From assembly GCA_016932315.1 (NCBI GenBank), contig JAFGDD010000004.1:35457-99456 (forward strand): a stretch of 64,000 nt of DNA. Direction: 5' to 3'. The notes beneath the pieces are model-generated. The model was not told the origin of the DNA. It searched no databases and saw only the letters and a program-made list of their open reading frames with translations. Shown here piece by piece: positions 18,432 to 28,677 of the stretch (position 1 is its first letter; each line of letters opens with the position of its first letter). The DNA comes from Candidatus Woesearchaeota archaeon. GTDB taxonomy: Archaea > Nanobdellota > Nanobdellia > Woesearchaeales > SM23-78. Made by a program: the position numbers and the translations under genes.

Positions 18432-20870
18432 TTATTTTATCCCCGACTGCTTTTCCTTTTCTGCAATTTGGAAAGTTGTTTTAATAACCGTGTCGGGGTT
18501 CAGGCTCATGCTATGAATGCCTGCTTCAACAAGGAATTCTGCAAAGTCCGAGAAGTCTGATGGCGCCTGGCCGCATATACCAACGTACTTTCCTTTCTTA
18601 TTAGCTATTTCTATGACTTGCCTTATTAGTTTCTTGACAGCTTCGTTTCTTTCGTCATAAATGCTTCTCACAAGCTCAGAATCCCTGTCCAATCCTAGAG
18701 TCAGCTGAGTCAAATCATTGCTTCCTATTGAGAAGCCGTCAAATATGTTCAGGAATTCTTCGGCAAGCAATACATTGCTTGGTATTTCGCACATTGCATA
18801 AATCTCTAAGCCGTTCTGTCCTTGCACCAAGCCATTCTCTTTCATTACCTGCACTACCTGTCTTGCTTCTTCAAGCGTTCTGCAGAAAGGTATCATCACT
18901 TTAATGTTCGTCAAGCCGAACTCATTCCTTGCTTTTAGCAAAGCCTTGCACTCCAGTGCAAAGGCTGGTTTGTACTCGTTGCTGTAATACCTTGATGCTC
19001 CTCTAAATCCTATCATTGGATTATCTTCTTTTGGCTCAAACAAATGCCCACCAATAAGATTGGCGTACTCGTTGCTCTTGAAATCGCTTGTTCGAACAAT
19101 TACAGGCTTGGGATAAAATGCTGCTGCAATCTTTCCAACTCCTCTCGCTAATCTGTTGATGAAAAACTCTTCCTTATTGGCGTAGCCATTTGCAAGTTCA
19201 GATATTTTTGCCTTCAGCTTCCTGTCCTTTATCTCGTTAAACTTAAGAAGAGCCAGCGGATGAATCTGAATTTCTGAATTAATTATGAACTCCTCCCTTG
19301 CCAAGCCCACGCCATCATTAGGTATAAAGCTCTCCTTGAATGCCTCGTCAGGATTTGCTATGTTCATCATAATTTTAGTCTTAGGCTTGGGTAATGCTCC
19401 AAGGTCTTGCTCTTCCACATCAAACTTGATAATTCCTTGATATACCATTCCTTCTGAGCCTTGACTGCAATCAACAGTAACATCCTGTCCTGTCTTTAAT
19501 AGCTCTGTTGCTTTTTCAGTCCCAACAATGCAGGGAATGCCCAATTCTCTTGAAATGATTGCTGCGTGGCAAGTCCTGCCACCCCTATTAGTTATTATTG
19601 CGCTGGCTATCTTCATGATAGGCTCCCAGTCAGGGTCTGTCATGTCAGTAACCAAAACTTCATTCTCCTTGAAATGATGGATGTGGCTTGCTTCTGCAAT
19701 CACCCTTACTTTTCCGCTACCAATCTTGTTGCCCACAGACTGACCTTTGAGAAGAACATTGCCTTGACCTTTAAGCACATACTTGACCAGCTTACTCATG
19801 TCCTTTAATGAATGAATAGTCTCGGGTCTTGCCTGCACAATGAAAAGATGACCTGATAATCCGTCCTTTGCCCATTCCATGTCCATGGGCTTGTGATGGC
19901 CTGCTTTCTGGGAGTAATGATCCTCAATAATGCAAGCCCATCTTGCAAGCGTCAAGATTTCATCATCAGTAATAACAAATTTTTTCCTGTCAGCAGAAGC
20001 AACTTTTATGTTCTTAGTGCTCTTCTTGCTGTCCTTTGACAAGTCATAAATCATCTTTATTTCTTTAGAGCCAAGCTTCTTGCCTATTATTGGCCTGAAG
20101 CCCTGGTTAAGCATAGGCTTGAAAACCACAAACTCGTCAGGATTAACAGCTCCCTGAACCACATTCTCTCCCAATCCATAAGCACCATTAATGAGAACAG
20201 CATCCTTAAAACCTGATTCTGTGTCAATGCTGAACATTACGCCTGAGCATGCCTTGTCAGAACGAACCATCTTCTGCACCCCAATGCTCAAGCCTATCTT
20301 GAAATGGTCAAATCCTTTGTCGACGCGATAGCTTATTGCCCTGTTAGTGAACAAGCTTGCAAAGCATTTCTTACAAGCATCCAAAACCTGCTTGTCACCC
20401 CTTATATTAAGGAAAGTCTCTTGCTGGCCTGCAAAGCTGGCATCAGGCAAGTCCTCAGCAGTAGCCGAGCTCCTGACAGCAACATCAATATCTTTCCTCT
20501 CCTTATCATAAGCCCCGCAAAGGTTCCTGTAAGCCTCAAGAATTTCTTTTCTTAAATCAGCAGGGATTTCTGCATTCTTTATGAGATCTCTTATCTTATG
20601 ACCTCTCTCCTGCAAATCATGAATATCTGAGGTGTCAAGCCCAGAAAGAACTTCCTTTATCTTATCCCTGATGCCTGCCTTTTCTAGGATATAAAAATAA
20701 GCCTTTGCAGTAATGGCGAAGCCGTTAGGAACGCTAACACCCCTGCGAGTCAGATTGGTGTACATCTCTCCAAGGCTGGCGTTCTTGCCGCCAACAAAAG
20801 GCACATCCTCTATTCCAAGCTGGTCAAACCAGAGAATAAAAGCACTAGATTTATCCAACTCTCGCTTCAC
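18432..20870 (-). CDS. ppsA: Phosphoenolpyruvate synthase (pyruvate, water dikinase)
   Basis: VGGKNASLGEM, VRSSATAED..SFAGQ, phospho-His GGRTCHAAI, FSIGSNDLTQ and GICGQ. Confidence 0.97.
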   Translation of the reverse strand: MKRELDKSSAFILWFDQLGIEDVPFVGGKNASLGEMYTNLTRRGVSVPNGFAITAKAYFYILEKAGIRDKIKEVLSGLDTSDIHDLQERGHKIRDLIKNAEIPADLRKEILEAYRNLCGAYDKERKDIDVAVRSSATAEDLPDASFAGQQETFLNIRGDKQVLDACKKCFASLFTNRAISYRVDKGFDHFKIGLSIGVQKMVRSDKACSGVMFSIDTESGFKDAVLINGAYGLGENVVQGAVNPDEFVVFKPMLNQGFRPIIGKKLGSKEIKMIYDLSKDSKKSTKNIKVASADRKKFVITDDEILTLARWACIIEDHYSQKAGHHKPMDMEWAKDGLSGHLFIVQARPETIHSLKDMSKLVKYVLKGQGNVLLKGQSVGNKIGSGKVRVIAEASHIHHFKENEVLVTDMTDPDWEPIMKIASAIITNRGGRTCHAAIISRELGIPCIVGTEKATELLKTGQDVTVDCSQGSEGMVYQGIIKFDVEEQDLGALPKPKTKIMMNIANPDEAFKESFIPNDGVGLAREEFIINSEIQIHPLALLKFNEIKDRKLKAKISELANGYANKEEFFINRLARGVGKIAAAFYPKPVIVRTSDFKSNEYANLIGGHLFEPKEDNPMIGFRGASRYYSNEYKPAFALECKALLKARNEFGLTNIKVMIPFCRTLEEARQVVQVMKENGLVQGQNGLEIYAMCEIPSNVLLAEEFLNIFDGFSIGSNDLTQLTLGLDRDSELVRSIYDERNEAVKKLIRQVIEIANKKGKYVGICGQAPSDFSDFAEFLVEAGIHSMSLNPDTVIKTTFQIAEKEKQSGIK

Positions 20871-20957
20871 CTCTTTTTTTATTAATCTAACTAGTTGAAT
20901 CTTTCTGTGTTTAGAGAGTATATAAATCTTTCTTAATATCTCTTTAAAATAAGAATA

Positions 20958-21632
20958 CTAAAAGCCAGAATCTATTTTTTGGCAAAGGAAAATATGACCT
21001 GGGTGCTTGTTTCTTTTCAGAGATATAAAATCAGGGCATTCATAATTTAATACCTTCAATCCTGCTTCGTTCAGCAAGCTCTCTAATTCATCTTTCTTAA
21101 AATTATGCGTCCTGAACCATTCTGAGCCGTCATCGCGTTTTACAATAACAGTTCCGTACTCGCCTGTCATTTTTGCATGTTCAAGATAATACTGGTCCGC
21201 ACCCGGAAACCAGCCGAATTCTGCTATCTGCAATACTCCTCTAGGTTTCAAAATCCTGTAACACTCCTGCAATATTCTCGTTCGGTGCTCGATTGACACA
21301 CAAGCCAAAACTGCCTGCGATACAATCCCGTCAAAAAAATCATTTGCGAAATTAGTATTCGACGCATCTTGAACACTAAAATGAACGCGATCTAGTTCAT
21401 TATTTCTTTTTGCCTCCTCAATGGCATTCTTATTAATGTCGATGCCATAAGTTTCATATCCTCTTAAGACAAACATCCTTGACAATCTACCAAAACCGCA
21501 TCCAATATCAAGAGCCTTGCTTTGATGTCTTAAGTAATCAAAAATCTTTTCTGAAAAGCCAGATGAGGCAGGCACATCTTTTGCATCTAGATTTATCCAA
21601 CAATCGTCAATCATGCCTTTTGGTAAACTCAT
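20958..21632 (-). CDS. Class I SAM-dependent methyltransferase
   Basis: Motifs LDIGCGFG, GIDIN and RILKPRG. Confidence 0.9.
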   Translation of the reverse strand: MSLPKGMIDDCWINLDAKDVPASSGFSEKIFDYLRHQSKALDIGCGFGRLSRMFVLRGYETYGIDINKNAIEEAKRNNELDRVHFSVQDASNTNFANDFFDGIVSQAVLACVSIEHRTRILQECYRILKPRGVLQIAEFGWFPGADQYYLEHAKMTGEYGTVIVKRDDGSEWFRTHNFKKDELESLLNEAGLKVLNYECPDFISLKRNKHPGHIFLCQKIDSGF

Positions 21633-21732
21633 ATTCCTTAAAAATGTTATGAAGTACTATCTGCTAATACGCATAATCTGAATTTATGATGCGAAAAACA
21701 TTTAAACATTAATCTTCATGAATTTTTTTGCT

Positions 21733-22302
21733 ATGTCAAAAGATATCTTTGAAATCAGGTTCCACGGCAGAGGTGGCCAGGGAGCCAAGACTGCTGCTGC
21801 GTTGCTTGCAGAGGCTGCGATGGAGCAGGGCAAGTATGTGCAAAGCTTTCCTGAATATGGTGCAGAAAGGCAGGGTGCTCCTGTTAAAGCCTTTACCCGC
21901 ATAAGTGATAAGAAGATTTATTCTCATGCAGGCGTCACCAACCCTAATGTTGTTGTCGTAGTTGACCAGACTCTTATCAAGAGCATTCCTGTGACAGAAG
22001 GACTGGATGATGATGGGTTATTGATTGTTAATACAACGCAGAGCGTTGATGAAATCAGAAAAATCATTGGCTTTAATGGCAAGATAGTGGTTATTGACGC
22101 TATCAAGATAGCTCTTGAAGAATTAGGCAAAGCAGTAACCAACACTACAATGCTGGGCACGATTGAGAAAGTAACCAACATTGTTAATTATGACAAGCTG
22201 AAAGAGAACTTGTTCAATCATTTTGTTCACGAACTAGGACAGGATATTGCAACCAAGAACGTGAACTGCTTTGTAAGGGCTTATAATGAGACCAAAGCAT
22301 GA
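21733..22302 (+). CDS. porC: Pyruvate:ferredoxin oxidoreductase gamma subunit
   Basis: EIRFHGRGGQG and FPEYGAERQGAPV. TTTAAA ~27 nt upstream favours the 21733 ATG. Confidence 0.95.
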   Translation: MSKDIFEIRFHGRGGQGAKTAAALLAEAAMEQGKYVQSFPEYGAERQGAPVKAFTRISDKKIYSHAGVTNPNVVVVVDQTLIKSIPVTEGLDDDGLLIVNTTQSVDEIRKIIGFNGKIVVIDAIKIALEELGKAVTNTTMLGTIEKVTNIVNYDKLKENLFNHFVHELGQDIATKNVNCFVRAYNETKA

Positions 22303-22353
22303 TTATTATGAGCATAGTTAATATGACTATTGCACGGGCATGAGTGAAATAAT

Positions 22354-22710
22354 ATGGTAGAAGAAGAAAAACTCAAAGGATGGAAAGATGTTCCAATAGG
22401 TGGGAAAATATTGGAAGCAGGCAACAGCCGCAAGTACAAGACAGGCGACTGGAGAACCTTCAGGCCTGTTCACAAGCCAGAGCTTTGCACCAATTGCATG
22501 ATTTGCTGGATGGTATGCCCTGACTCCTGCATCAAAGTAGGCAAAGTTGATGATCCAAACAAAGGCAAGAAAGGAGTGAGCAATAATCCCAAGCTAGGAA
22601 ATTTCGGAGGATTTGACCTTGACTTTTGCAAAGGCTGCGGTATCTGCGCAGAAGAATGCCCATTCAAAGCAATAGAGATGCGGGAAGAGAAAGAGTTTAA
22701 GGAGGAGTAA
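22354..22710 (+). CDS. porD: Pyruvate:ferredoxin oxidoreductase delta subunit (2x[4Fe-4S])
   Basis: TGDWRTFRP, CTNCMICWMVCP and CKGCGICAEECP. Confidence 0.95.
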   Translation: MVEEEKLKGWKDVPIGGKILEAGNSRKYKTGDWRTFRPVHKPELCTNCMICWMVCPDSCIKVGKVDDPNKGKKGVSNNPKLGNFGGFDLDFCKGCGICAEECPFKAIEMREEKEFKEE

Positions 22711-22830
22711 GTAAGGCGCGCCGCCGATTGAGGCGCCTAAAAAAAAATTTATTTTCAAAATTTTATAATTAAAAACAATAAAAAAAAGACTAACTAAAAA
22801 ATTTAGGCTCTGTGAGGCCGACTAAAAAAA

Positions 22831-24015
22831 ATGGCTCAAAAGACTAAGCGTGCAATGACTGGAGCAGAGTGTTCTGCAGAAGCCATGAGACAAGTTAACC
22901 CTGACGTGGTAGCTGCTTATCCTATTACTCCGCAGACTGACATCATGCATGCATTCGCCCAGTTTGTGGCAGATGGAACAGTGGACACTGACCTTATAAC
23001 AGTTGAGTCAGAGCACAGTGCAATGAGCGCCTGCGTAGGAGCAGGAGCTGCTGGCGCAAGAACCATGACTGCGACAAGCGCTAATGGATTAGCTTTGATG
23101 TGGGAAATAATTTATGTTGCTTCAGGATTAAGGATTCCCATGGTTATGAACGTGGTTAACCGCGCACTAAGCGGGCCTATTAATATTCACTGCGACCATT
23201 CAGACAGCATGGGGTGCAGGGATTCTGGCTGGATTCAACTATATTCTGAGAATGGAGAAGAAGCTTATGAGAATACATTAATGGCTGTAAAGATTAGCGA
23301 GCACCCTGATGTACTGCTGCCAGTAATGGTTTGCCAGGACGGATTCATAACAAGCCATTGCGTTGAAACAGCAGAAACAATAGATGATGAGACAATAAAG
23401 AATTTCATCGGAACATACAATCCACATTATCCTTTGCTCGATGTTGACAAGCCAGTGACTTATGGAGCATTAGACTTGTTTGATTATTATTTCGAGCACA
23501 AAAGGCAGCAACTGCTTGCAATTGAGAACTCCAAGCCTGTAATCAAAAAAGTATTTGAAGAATTCGGAAAAATATCAGGTAAGAATTATGATTTCTTTGA
23601 AAGCTACATGCTCGAAGATGCTGAGAGGGTTATTTTCTGCTCTAACAGCAGCGCAGGAAGCGCCCGTGTAGTTGTTGATGAGCTTCGCGCAAAAGGAGAG
23701 AAAGTTGGCCTTCTAAAGATGAGAGTCTTCAGGCCCTGGCTTAATGAAATGGTTGTTGAAAAGCTAAAGAATGCAAAAGCAGTTGCTGTGCTTGACAGGA
23801 GCGCGAGCTTTGGAGCAATTGGCGGGCCATTATTCATGGAAGTGAGGAGCAGCTTCCACGAGTCAGCTCATAAACCTAGTATTATCAATTATATTTATGG
23901 ACTTGGCGGCAGGGAATTAGATTTAGATCAAATAAGGAAAGTGTTTTCAGAACTTGAAGACGTTAAGAATGGCAATACTGGAGAACTATTAAAATACTTG
24001 GGAGTGAGGGAGTGA
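22831..24015 (+). CDS. porA: Pyruvate:ferredoxin oxidoreductase alpha subunit
   Basis: AAYPITPQT, VESEHSA, NRALSGP and DGFITSH. Confidence 0.96.
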   Translation: MAQKTKRAMTGAECSAEAMRQVNPDVVAAYPITPQTDIMHAFAQFVADGTVDTDLITVESEHSAMSACVGAGAAGARTMTATSANGLALMWEIIYVASGLRIPMVMNVVNRALSGPINIHCDHSDSMGCRDSGWIQLYSENGEEAYENTLMAVKISEHPDVLLPVMVCQDGFITSHCVETAETIDDETIKNFIGTYNPHYPLLDVDKPVTYGALDLFDYYFEHKRQQLLAIENSKPVIKKVFEEFGKISGKNYDFFESYMLEDAERVIFCSNSSAGSARVVVDELRAKGEKVGLLKMRVFRPWLNEMVVEKLKNAKAVAVLDRSASFGAIGGPLFMEVRSSFHESAHKPSIINYIYGLGGRELDLDQIRKVFSELEDVKNGNTGELLKYLGVRE

Positions 24016-24051
24016 ATTAAGAGAGAATTAAACACAGCGAAAATGGTTAAT

Positions 24052-24119
24052 TGCAAAAACAAAGTTTTTGAATCAACAAAATCGAAGATTTTGGGTGCTA
24101 AAAATAAATTTTTAAGCAT
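24052..24119 (-). repeat. Three-hairpin element related to the 13.2-13.5 kb elements, in opposite orientation
   Basis: Hairpins CAAAAAC-AAA-GTTTTTG, CAAAATC-GAA-GATTTTG and TGCTAAAAAT-AA-ATTTTTAAGCA. The reverse complement aligns with 13488-13531. Confidence 0.65.
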
Positions 24120-24143
24120 TCCCAAATTTTCAAAGGTGAAAAT

Positions 24144-25070
24144 TTGGTAAACATTCGTGAACTAGCATTGGACGGCGAAAGATTAGTATCTGGCCACAGG
24201 CTTTGCCCTGGCTGCGGATTAAGCATAATAGCCAGAGCAGTGATGCGGGGAACAAAGGATCCTATAATAGTATCCAATGCAACAGGCTGCCTTGAAGTAA
24301 GCACCACAATTTATCCATTCACTGCGTGGGATGTTCCCTGGATACACAATGCTTTTGAGAATGCAGCAGCAACCATCTCAGGAGCAGAATCTGCTTATAA
24401 TGTGCTAAAGAAAAAAGGAAAAATCACAAAAAACATTAAGTTCCTTGCATTCGGCGGCGACGGAGGAACATATGACATTGGCCTCCAATCATTATCTGGC
24501 GCATTAGAGCGAGGACACACATTCGTTTATGTCTGCGTTGACAATGAAGGCTACATGAACACAGGAATACAGAGGAGCAGCAGCACACCAATGGGAGCTT
24601 GGACTAATACTAGCGCTGTCGGCAAGGCTCATCAAGGGAAAGAGCAGTACAAGAAAGACTTGACTGCAGTTGTTGCAGGCCACCACATACCTTATGTCGC
24701 CCAAGCCAGCCCTCATAATTACATGGACTTGGTGAGAAAAGCAGAGAAGGCATTCAACACAAAAGGACCAGCATTCATTAATGTTCTCAGCCCCTGCGTT
24801 CCAGGATGGAAATACCCTGCGCAGCTCACAATAAAAATGGCAAAGCTTGCAGTCGACACCTGCTTCTGGCCATTGTATGAGATAGAGAACGGAGTATGGA
24901 CTCTAAACTATAATCCTGGCCCTAACAAGAAGCCAATCACAGAGTGGCTCAAGACTCAAGGAAGATTCAGGCACCTGATGAAGCCGGAAAACGCCCACAT
25001 TGTAGAAGCAATACAGAAGAATATTGATGAGCGCTGGGAAGAATTAAAGAAGTGGTGCGGGAAGAATTAA
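24144..25070 (+). CDS. porB: Pyruvate:ferredoxin oxidoreductase beta subunit (TPP-binding)
   Basis: GHRLCPGCG, TGCLEV, GGDG..DIG, DNEGYMNTG.QRS and SPC; TTG start with an AGGTGA RBS. Confidence 0.96.
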   Translation: MVNIRELALDGERLVSGHRLCPGCGLSIIARAVMRGTKDPIIVSNATGCLEVSTTIYPFTAWDVPWIHNAFENAAATISGAESAYNVLKKKGKITKNIKFLAFGGDGGTYDIGLQSLSGALERGHTFVYVCVDNEGYMNTGIQRSSSTPMGAWTNTSAVGKAHQGKEQYKKDLTAVVAGHHIPYVAQASPHNYMDLVRKAEKAFNTKGPAFINVLSPCVPGWKYPAQLTIKMAKLAVDTCFWPLYEIENGVWTLNYNPGPNKKPITEWLKTQGRFRHLMKPENAHIVEAIQKNIDERWEELKKWCGKN

Positions 25071-25092
25071 ATTTTAAAAAAATAAAATTTTC

Positions 25093-26274
25093 TTAATTTT
25101 TTTTCTCAACCAACTCTTTAGTTTCACGTGCTATTTGCAATTCCTCATTCGTTGGTATGATAAAAATCTTGACTTTTGAATTGTGCTTTGAAGCAATTAC
25201 AGGGTTGCTCTTGTTGGTTTTATCATCGAGCAAAATGCCTATTGGCACTAGGTGGTCGCATATGGCTTTTCTTATGAACCAGGCGTTCTCTCCTATGCCT
25301 GCTGAGAAAACAACAGCATCCAAGCCTCCAAGCAATGCCATGTAGCCGCCAATATAGAACGCTACTCTTCTAGCAAACATATCAAGTGCTAGTTTTGCTT
25401 TCTTGTTGCCTTTTACAGCTGCTGTGTGCAAGTCTCTAACATCCCTTGTCAATTCTGATATTCCTAGCAGTCCTGATTTCTTGTTAAAATAATCCTCCAT
25501 TTCATGAACCTTGAATCCTTTGTGGACAGCAAGATAAATAGGAATAGTCGGGTCCATGTTACCTGTTCTAGTTCCCATGATTAATCCTTCTAAGGGCGTA
25601 AAGCCCATGGTAGTGTCTATTGATTTTCCGTTCTTCACAGCAGCAAGTGATGCTCCGTTGCCGAGGTGACAGGTTATTATTTTGCTCTCCTTTTTTCCGA
25701 GCAATTTTATTGCGTGCTCGCTAATGTATTTGTGGCTTGGCCCGTGGAAGCCGTACTTCCTTATCTTGTGCTTCTCATAAAGCTCATAAGGCAAACCATA
25801 AAGATAAGCCTCTGGGCTGAGAGTCTGGTGGAATGCAGTGTCAAAAACAGCGACCTGAGGTATTTTGGGAAGAATTTTCTTGCAAGCCAATATGCCTGCA
25901 AGGTTGGGCGGGTTATGAAGAGGAGCAAGGTCGTAAAGATCATGTATTGTCTTTATTACTCTCGCATTGATAAGCACTGGCTGGGAATATTTTTCTCCAC
26001 CATGAACCACTCTGTGTCCGATTGCGTCAATCTCAGAATAATTCTTTACAATCCCTTTTTGCTTTAATGACTTGAAAGCCAGGAGAACTGCATCAACATG
26101 GTCTTTAACAGTAATGCTCTGCTCGTCTTTCTGACCTCCAATATTTAATTTCAGAGCACACCTATCCAATCCTATGCCATCAACATTGCCTGAGATGAGG
26201 GCTTTTTCATGCGTCATATCAAAGAATTTATACTTCAACGAGCTACTTCCAGAATTTAATACCAGAATTTTCAT
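25093..26274 (-). CDS. ackA: Acetate kinase
   Basis: LNSGSSSLK, GHRVVHGG, APLHNP, FDTAFH, HLGNGAS and PTNEE. Confidence 0.97.
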   Translation of the reverse strand: MKILVLNSGSSSLKYKFFDMTHEKALISGNVDGIGLDRCALKLNIGGQKDEQSITVKDHVDAVLLAFKSLKQKGIVKNYSEIDAIGHRVVHGGEKYSQPVLINARVIKTIHDLYDLAPLHNPPNLAGILACKKILPKIPQVAVFDTAFHQTLSPEAYLYGLPYELYEKHKIRKYGFHGPSHKYISEHAIKLLGKKESKIITCHLGNGASLAAVKNGKSIDTTMGFTPLEGLIMGTRTGNMDPTIPIYLAVHKGFKVHEMEDYFNKKSGLLGISELTRDVRDLHTAAVKGNKKAKLALDMFARRVAFYIGGYMALLGGLDAVVFSAGIGENAWFIRKAICDHLVPIGILLDDKTNKSNPVIASKHNSKVKIFIIPTNEELQIARETKELVEKKN

Positions 26275-26322
26275 GCCAACAATCCCTCTTATCTCACTTT
26301 CATATTTGTTTATATTGTTTGT

Positions 26323-27309
26323 CTAATTACCCTGAGCTTCAACTGCTGTTATTATTGCAACATCCACCATATCCTGGACAGAACAGCCTCGCGATAAATC
26401 ATTGACAGGCATCCTCAAACCTTGCAATATCGGGCCTACTGCATGAGCCTTGGCTAGCCTCTCAACAAGTTTGTAAGCAATATTGCCAGCGTTCAGGTCA
26501 GGGAATATTAATACATTAGCATCTCCTTGGATTGGGAAGCCTGCGCATTTCTTCTGAGCAACTTCTGGCACAAGAGCAGCATCAACTTGTATCTCTCCGT
26601 CAATAACCAACTCTGGCTTCCTGTACTTGGCTATCTTGGTAGCCTCAATAATCTTATCAACCAAGGCGTGCCTTGCAGAGCCGTGTGTTGAGAAAGAGAG
26701 AAAAGCAATTTTGGGCTCAACACCAAACTTCTTAGCAGTTTCTGCAGTGTCCAAGCCGATCTCTGCTAAATCTTTTGCATCAGGGTCAATGATTGTGGAG
26801 CAATCAGCAAAGAACATAAGCCTACCGTCACTAGGCCATATCATAAGGAACAAGCCGCTGACTTTATGGAAAGTCTCCTTTGTTCCTATTATTTCAAAAG
26901 AAGGAACAAAAGGTTTGGTTTCGCTGTTAAGGCCTGATACCATACCATCAGCATGTTTCATACGCATCATCATGGCTCCAAAGTAGTGAGGCAAAAGCAT
27001 CTTCTCCTTGGCCTGCTCTGATGTTACCCCTTTGCCTTTTCGCAGGTATAAGTATTCATCAATATATTTTTGAAGATTATCATCAAATTTGGGGTCTCGT
27101 ACTTCGACGCCAGAAAGATTCAATCCTAACTCTCCTGACCTCCTGTCAATAGCAGGTCTGTCACCAATAAGGTAGGGGACGCATATCCTTTCCCTAAGCA
27201 AGGCTTCTGCTGCTCTGAGTGTCTTTTCCTCATATGCCTCTGGAAAAACAATTCTTTGAGGATTAGCCCTTGCCTTTTCCTTTAGATTATCCAGAATAGT
27301 CCTCATCAA
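26323..27309 (-). CDS. pta: Phosphate acetyltransferase
   Basis: RIVFPE, FADC, LSFST.GS, DGEIQVDAA, FPDLNAGNI.YK and DLSRG. Confidence 0.95.
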   Translation of the reverse strand: MMRTILDNLKEKARANPQRIVFPEAYEEKTLRAAEALLRERICVPYLIGDRPAIDRRSGELGLNLSGVEVRDPKFDDNLQKYIDEYLYLRKGKGVTSEQAKEKMLLPHYFGAMMMRMKHADGMVSGLNSETKPFVPSFEIIGTKETFHKVSGLFLMIWPSDGRLMFFADCSTIIDPDAKDLAEIGLDTAETAKKFGVEPKIAFLSFSTHGSARHALVDKIIEATKIAKYRKPELVIDGEIQVDAALVPEVAQKKCAGFPIQGDANVLIFPDLNAGNIAYKLVERLAKAHAVGPILQGLRMPVNDLSRGCSVQDMVDVAIITAVEAQGN

Positions 27310-27383
27310 AACTCACCTCTTATAATGAATCTCTTTATTTGTTATTTTTTATATAAGTATAAAAAAGTTCCTGTGTTTGCTCT

Positions 27384-28667
27384 TTATTTCCGCTTCCAAC
27401 TGACTTTCAAGAAGTGCGCGCTGCAGGAAAAGCAAGGATCATAAGCTCGTATCAGCTTTTCAGTTTCCAGGATAATTTGCTCCTTGCTCTTCTTCTTTCC
27501 AAGCATCTGCTCTACTAACTGCTTCACATTAGCCTCAATAGCCCTTAAATTCTGGGCGGTCGGTGTTATTATGTTGCATTTCTCAACAAATCCTTTGTCA
27601 TTAATTGTGTAGTCGTGAAATAATATTCCTCTTGGAGCCTCAACTGCACTCACTCCGCGACCGGTTCTCGCAGTAATCATTGGCAAGCCTTCAAATTTGA
27701 AATGATAGTTTAACAAGGCATGACCTTGCTCTATCCAGTGCACGAGCTCAACAGCCTGGCAGAAATTGTTATAAAATGGGTTGGTAAGCGGCAGTTTTAG
27801 CTTTGCCTGCTCAAATATTTTCTTGGCTTTCTTGCTTAAGTTCTTGTAATTGTTGTTAACCCTTGCAATCGCTCCTGCGCAAAAGGTTTTGCCTTTGAGC
27901 TTTGAGAACTTACCTATGGAGTACGGCATTACTTCCTCATCAATATAATTGGTGTAATCAGCTGGCTTTATCTTTAGCCCACTAAGTGTAATAATCTCAC
28001 CAGATATCAGCGGGGCTTCTTTTTCAGGGTTCAAGCTGATAAAGTCCATATCAGTGACAAAGCCAGGCGGTTTTAATTTCATGAAAAGCATTGCAGTTGC
28101 AATTGCTTCTGGCAAAGCCTTTTTCAATTCTTTCCGCAAGTAATCAACTGTTTTCTTGTCAGGAACATGAGTGAATCCTCCGACCACAGAAGTGAAGGGG
28201 TGCATTTCCTTGCCACCAATCAACTGCACCATGTTGTTACCTAGCTTCATCAAGTGCAAAGCAGTAAGTACTTCTTTCTTATACTTGCCAGCCATTGCAA
28301 GGGCTGATTCAAAGCCAAGGTAATCAGGAAGAGAAAGAAAGTAAAGGTGAGTAGCGTGGCTTCTTATTCTCTCGGCAATACTAAGCAATTCTCTTAATCT
28401 GCGCGTCTGCTCAGAAACTTTTATTCCCATAGCATTCTCAATTGCTTGCAAGCAAGAGACTGTGTGAGCACATGAGCAAATCCCGCAGATACGGCTAGTA
28501 ATCTCTTGTATATCATCGTATCTTTTGCCTTTGACTAATCCTTCAAAGAATCTTGCTCCTTCAACCACTTTAAGCTCGCACCTTGTCAACTTGCTGCCAT
28601 TAATCTCGACGTGCAGGCTGCCGTGCCCTTCTACCTTACAAATGTGGTGTAAATCAATCGATGCCAT
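27384..28667 (-). CDS. hydA: Group 3b [NiFe]-hydrogenase large (alpha) subunit
   Basis: KVEGHG, L1 RICGICSCAH, EAPRG, and L2 DPCFSCSAH plus a short cleavable tail. The start is placed at MASIDL. Confidence 0.93.
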   Translation of the reverse strand: MASIDLHHICKVEGHGSLHVEINGSKLTRCELKVVEGARFFEGLVKGKRYDDIQEITSRICGICSCAHTVSCLQAIENAMGIKVSEQTRRLRELLSIAERIRSHATHLYFLSLPDYLGFESALAMAGKYKKEVLTALHLMKLGNNMVQLIGGKEMHPFTSVVGGFTHVPDKKTVDYLRKELKKALPEAIATAMLFMKLKPPGFVTDMDFISLNPEKEAPLISGEIITLSGLKIKPADYTNYIDEEVMPYSIGKFSKLKGKTFCAGAIARVNNNYKNLSKKAKKIFEQAKLKLPLTNPFYNNFCQAVELVHWIEQGHALLNYHFKFEGLPMITARTGRGVSAVEAPRGILFHDYTINDKGFVEKCNIITPTAQNLRAIEANVKQLVEQMLGKKKSKEQIILETEKLIRAYDPCFSCSAHFLKVSWKRK

Positions 28668-28677
28668 TTTTATTTTG

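Noticed and set aside
22714-22738. GC-rich hairpin AGGCGC..GCGCCT after porD
   Set aside because: It is a short 6-bp stem followed by an A-run on the sense strand, which is insufficient to call a terminator or RNA.
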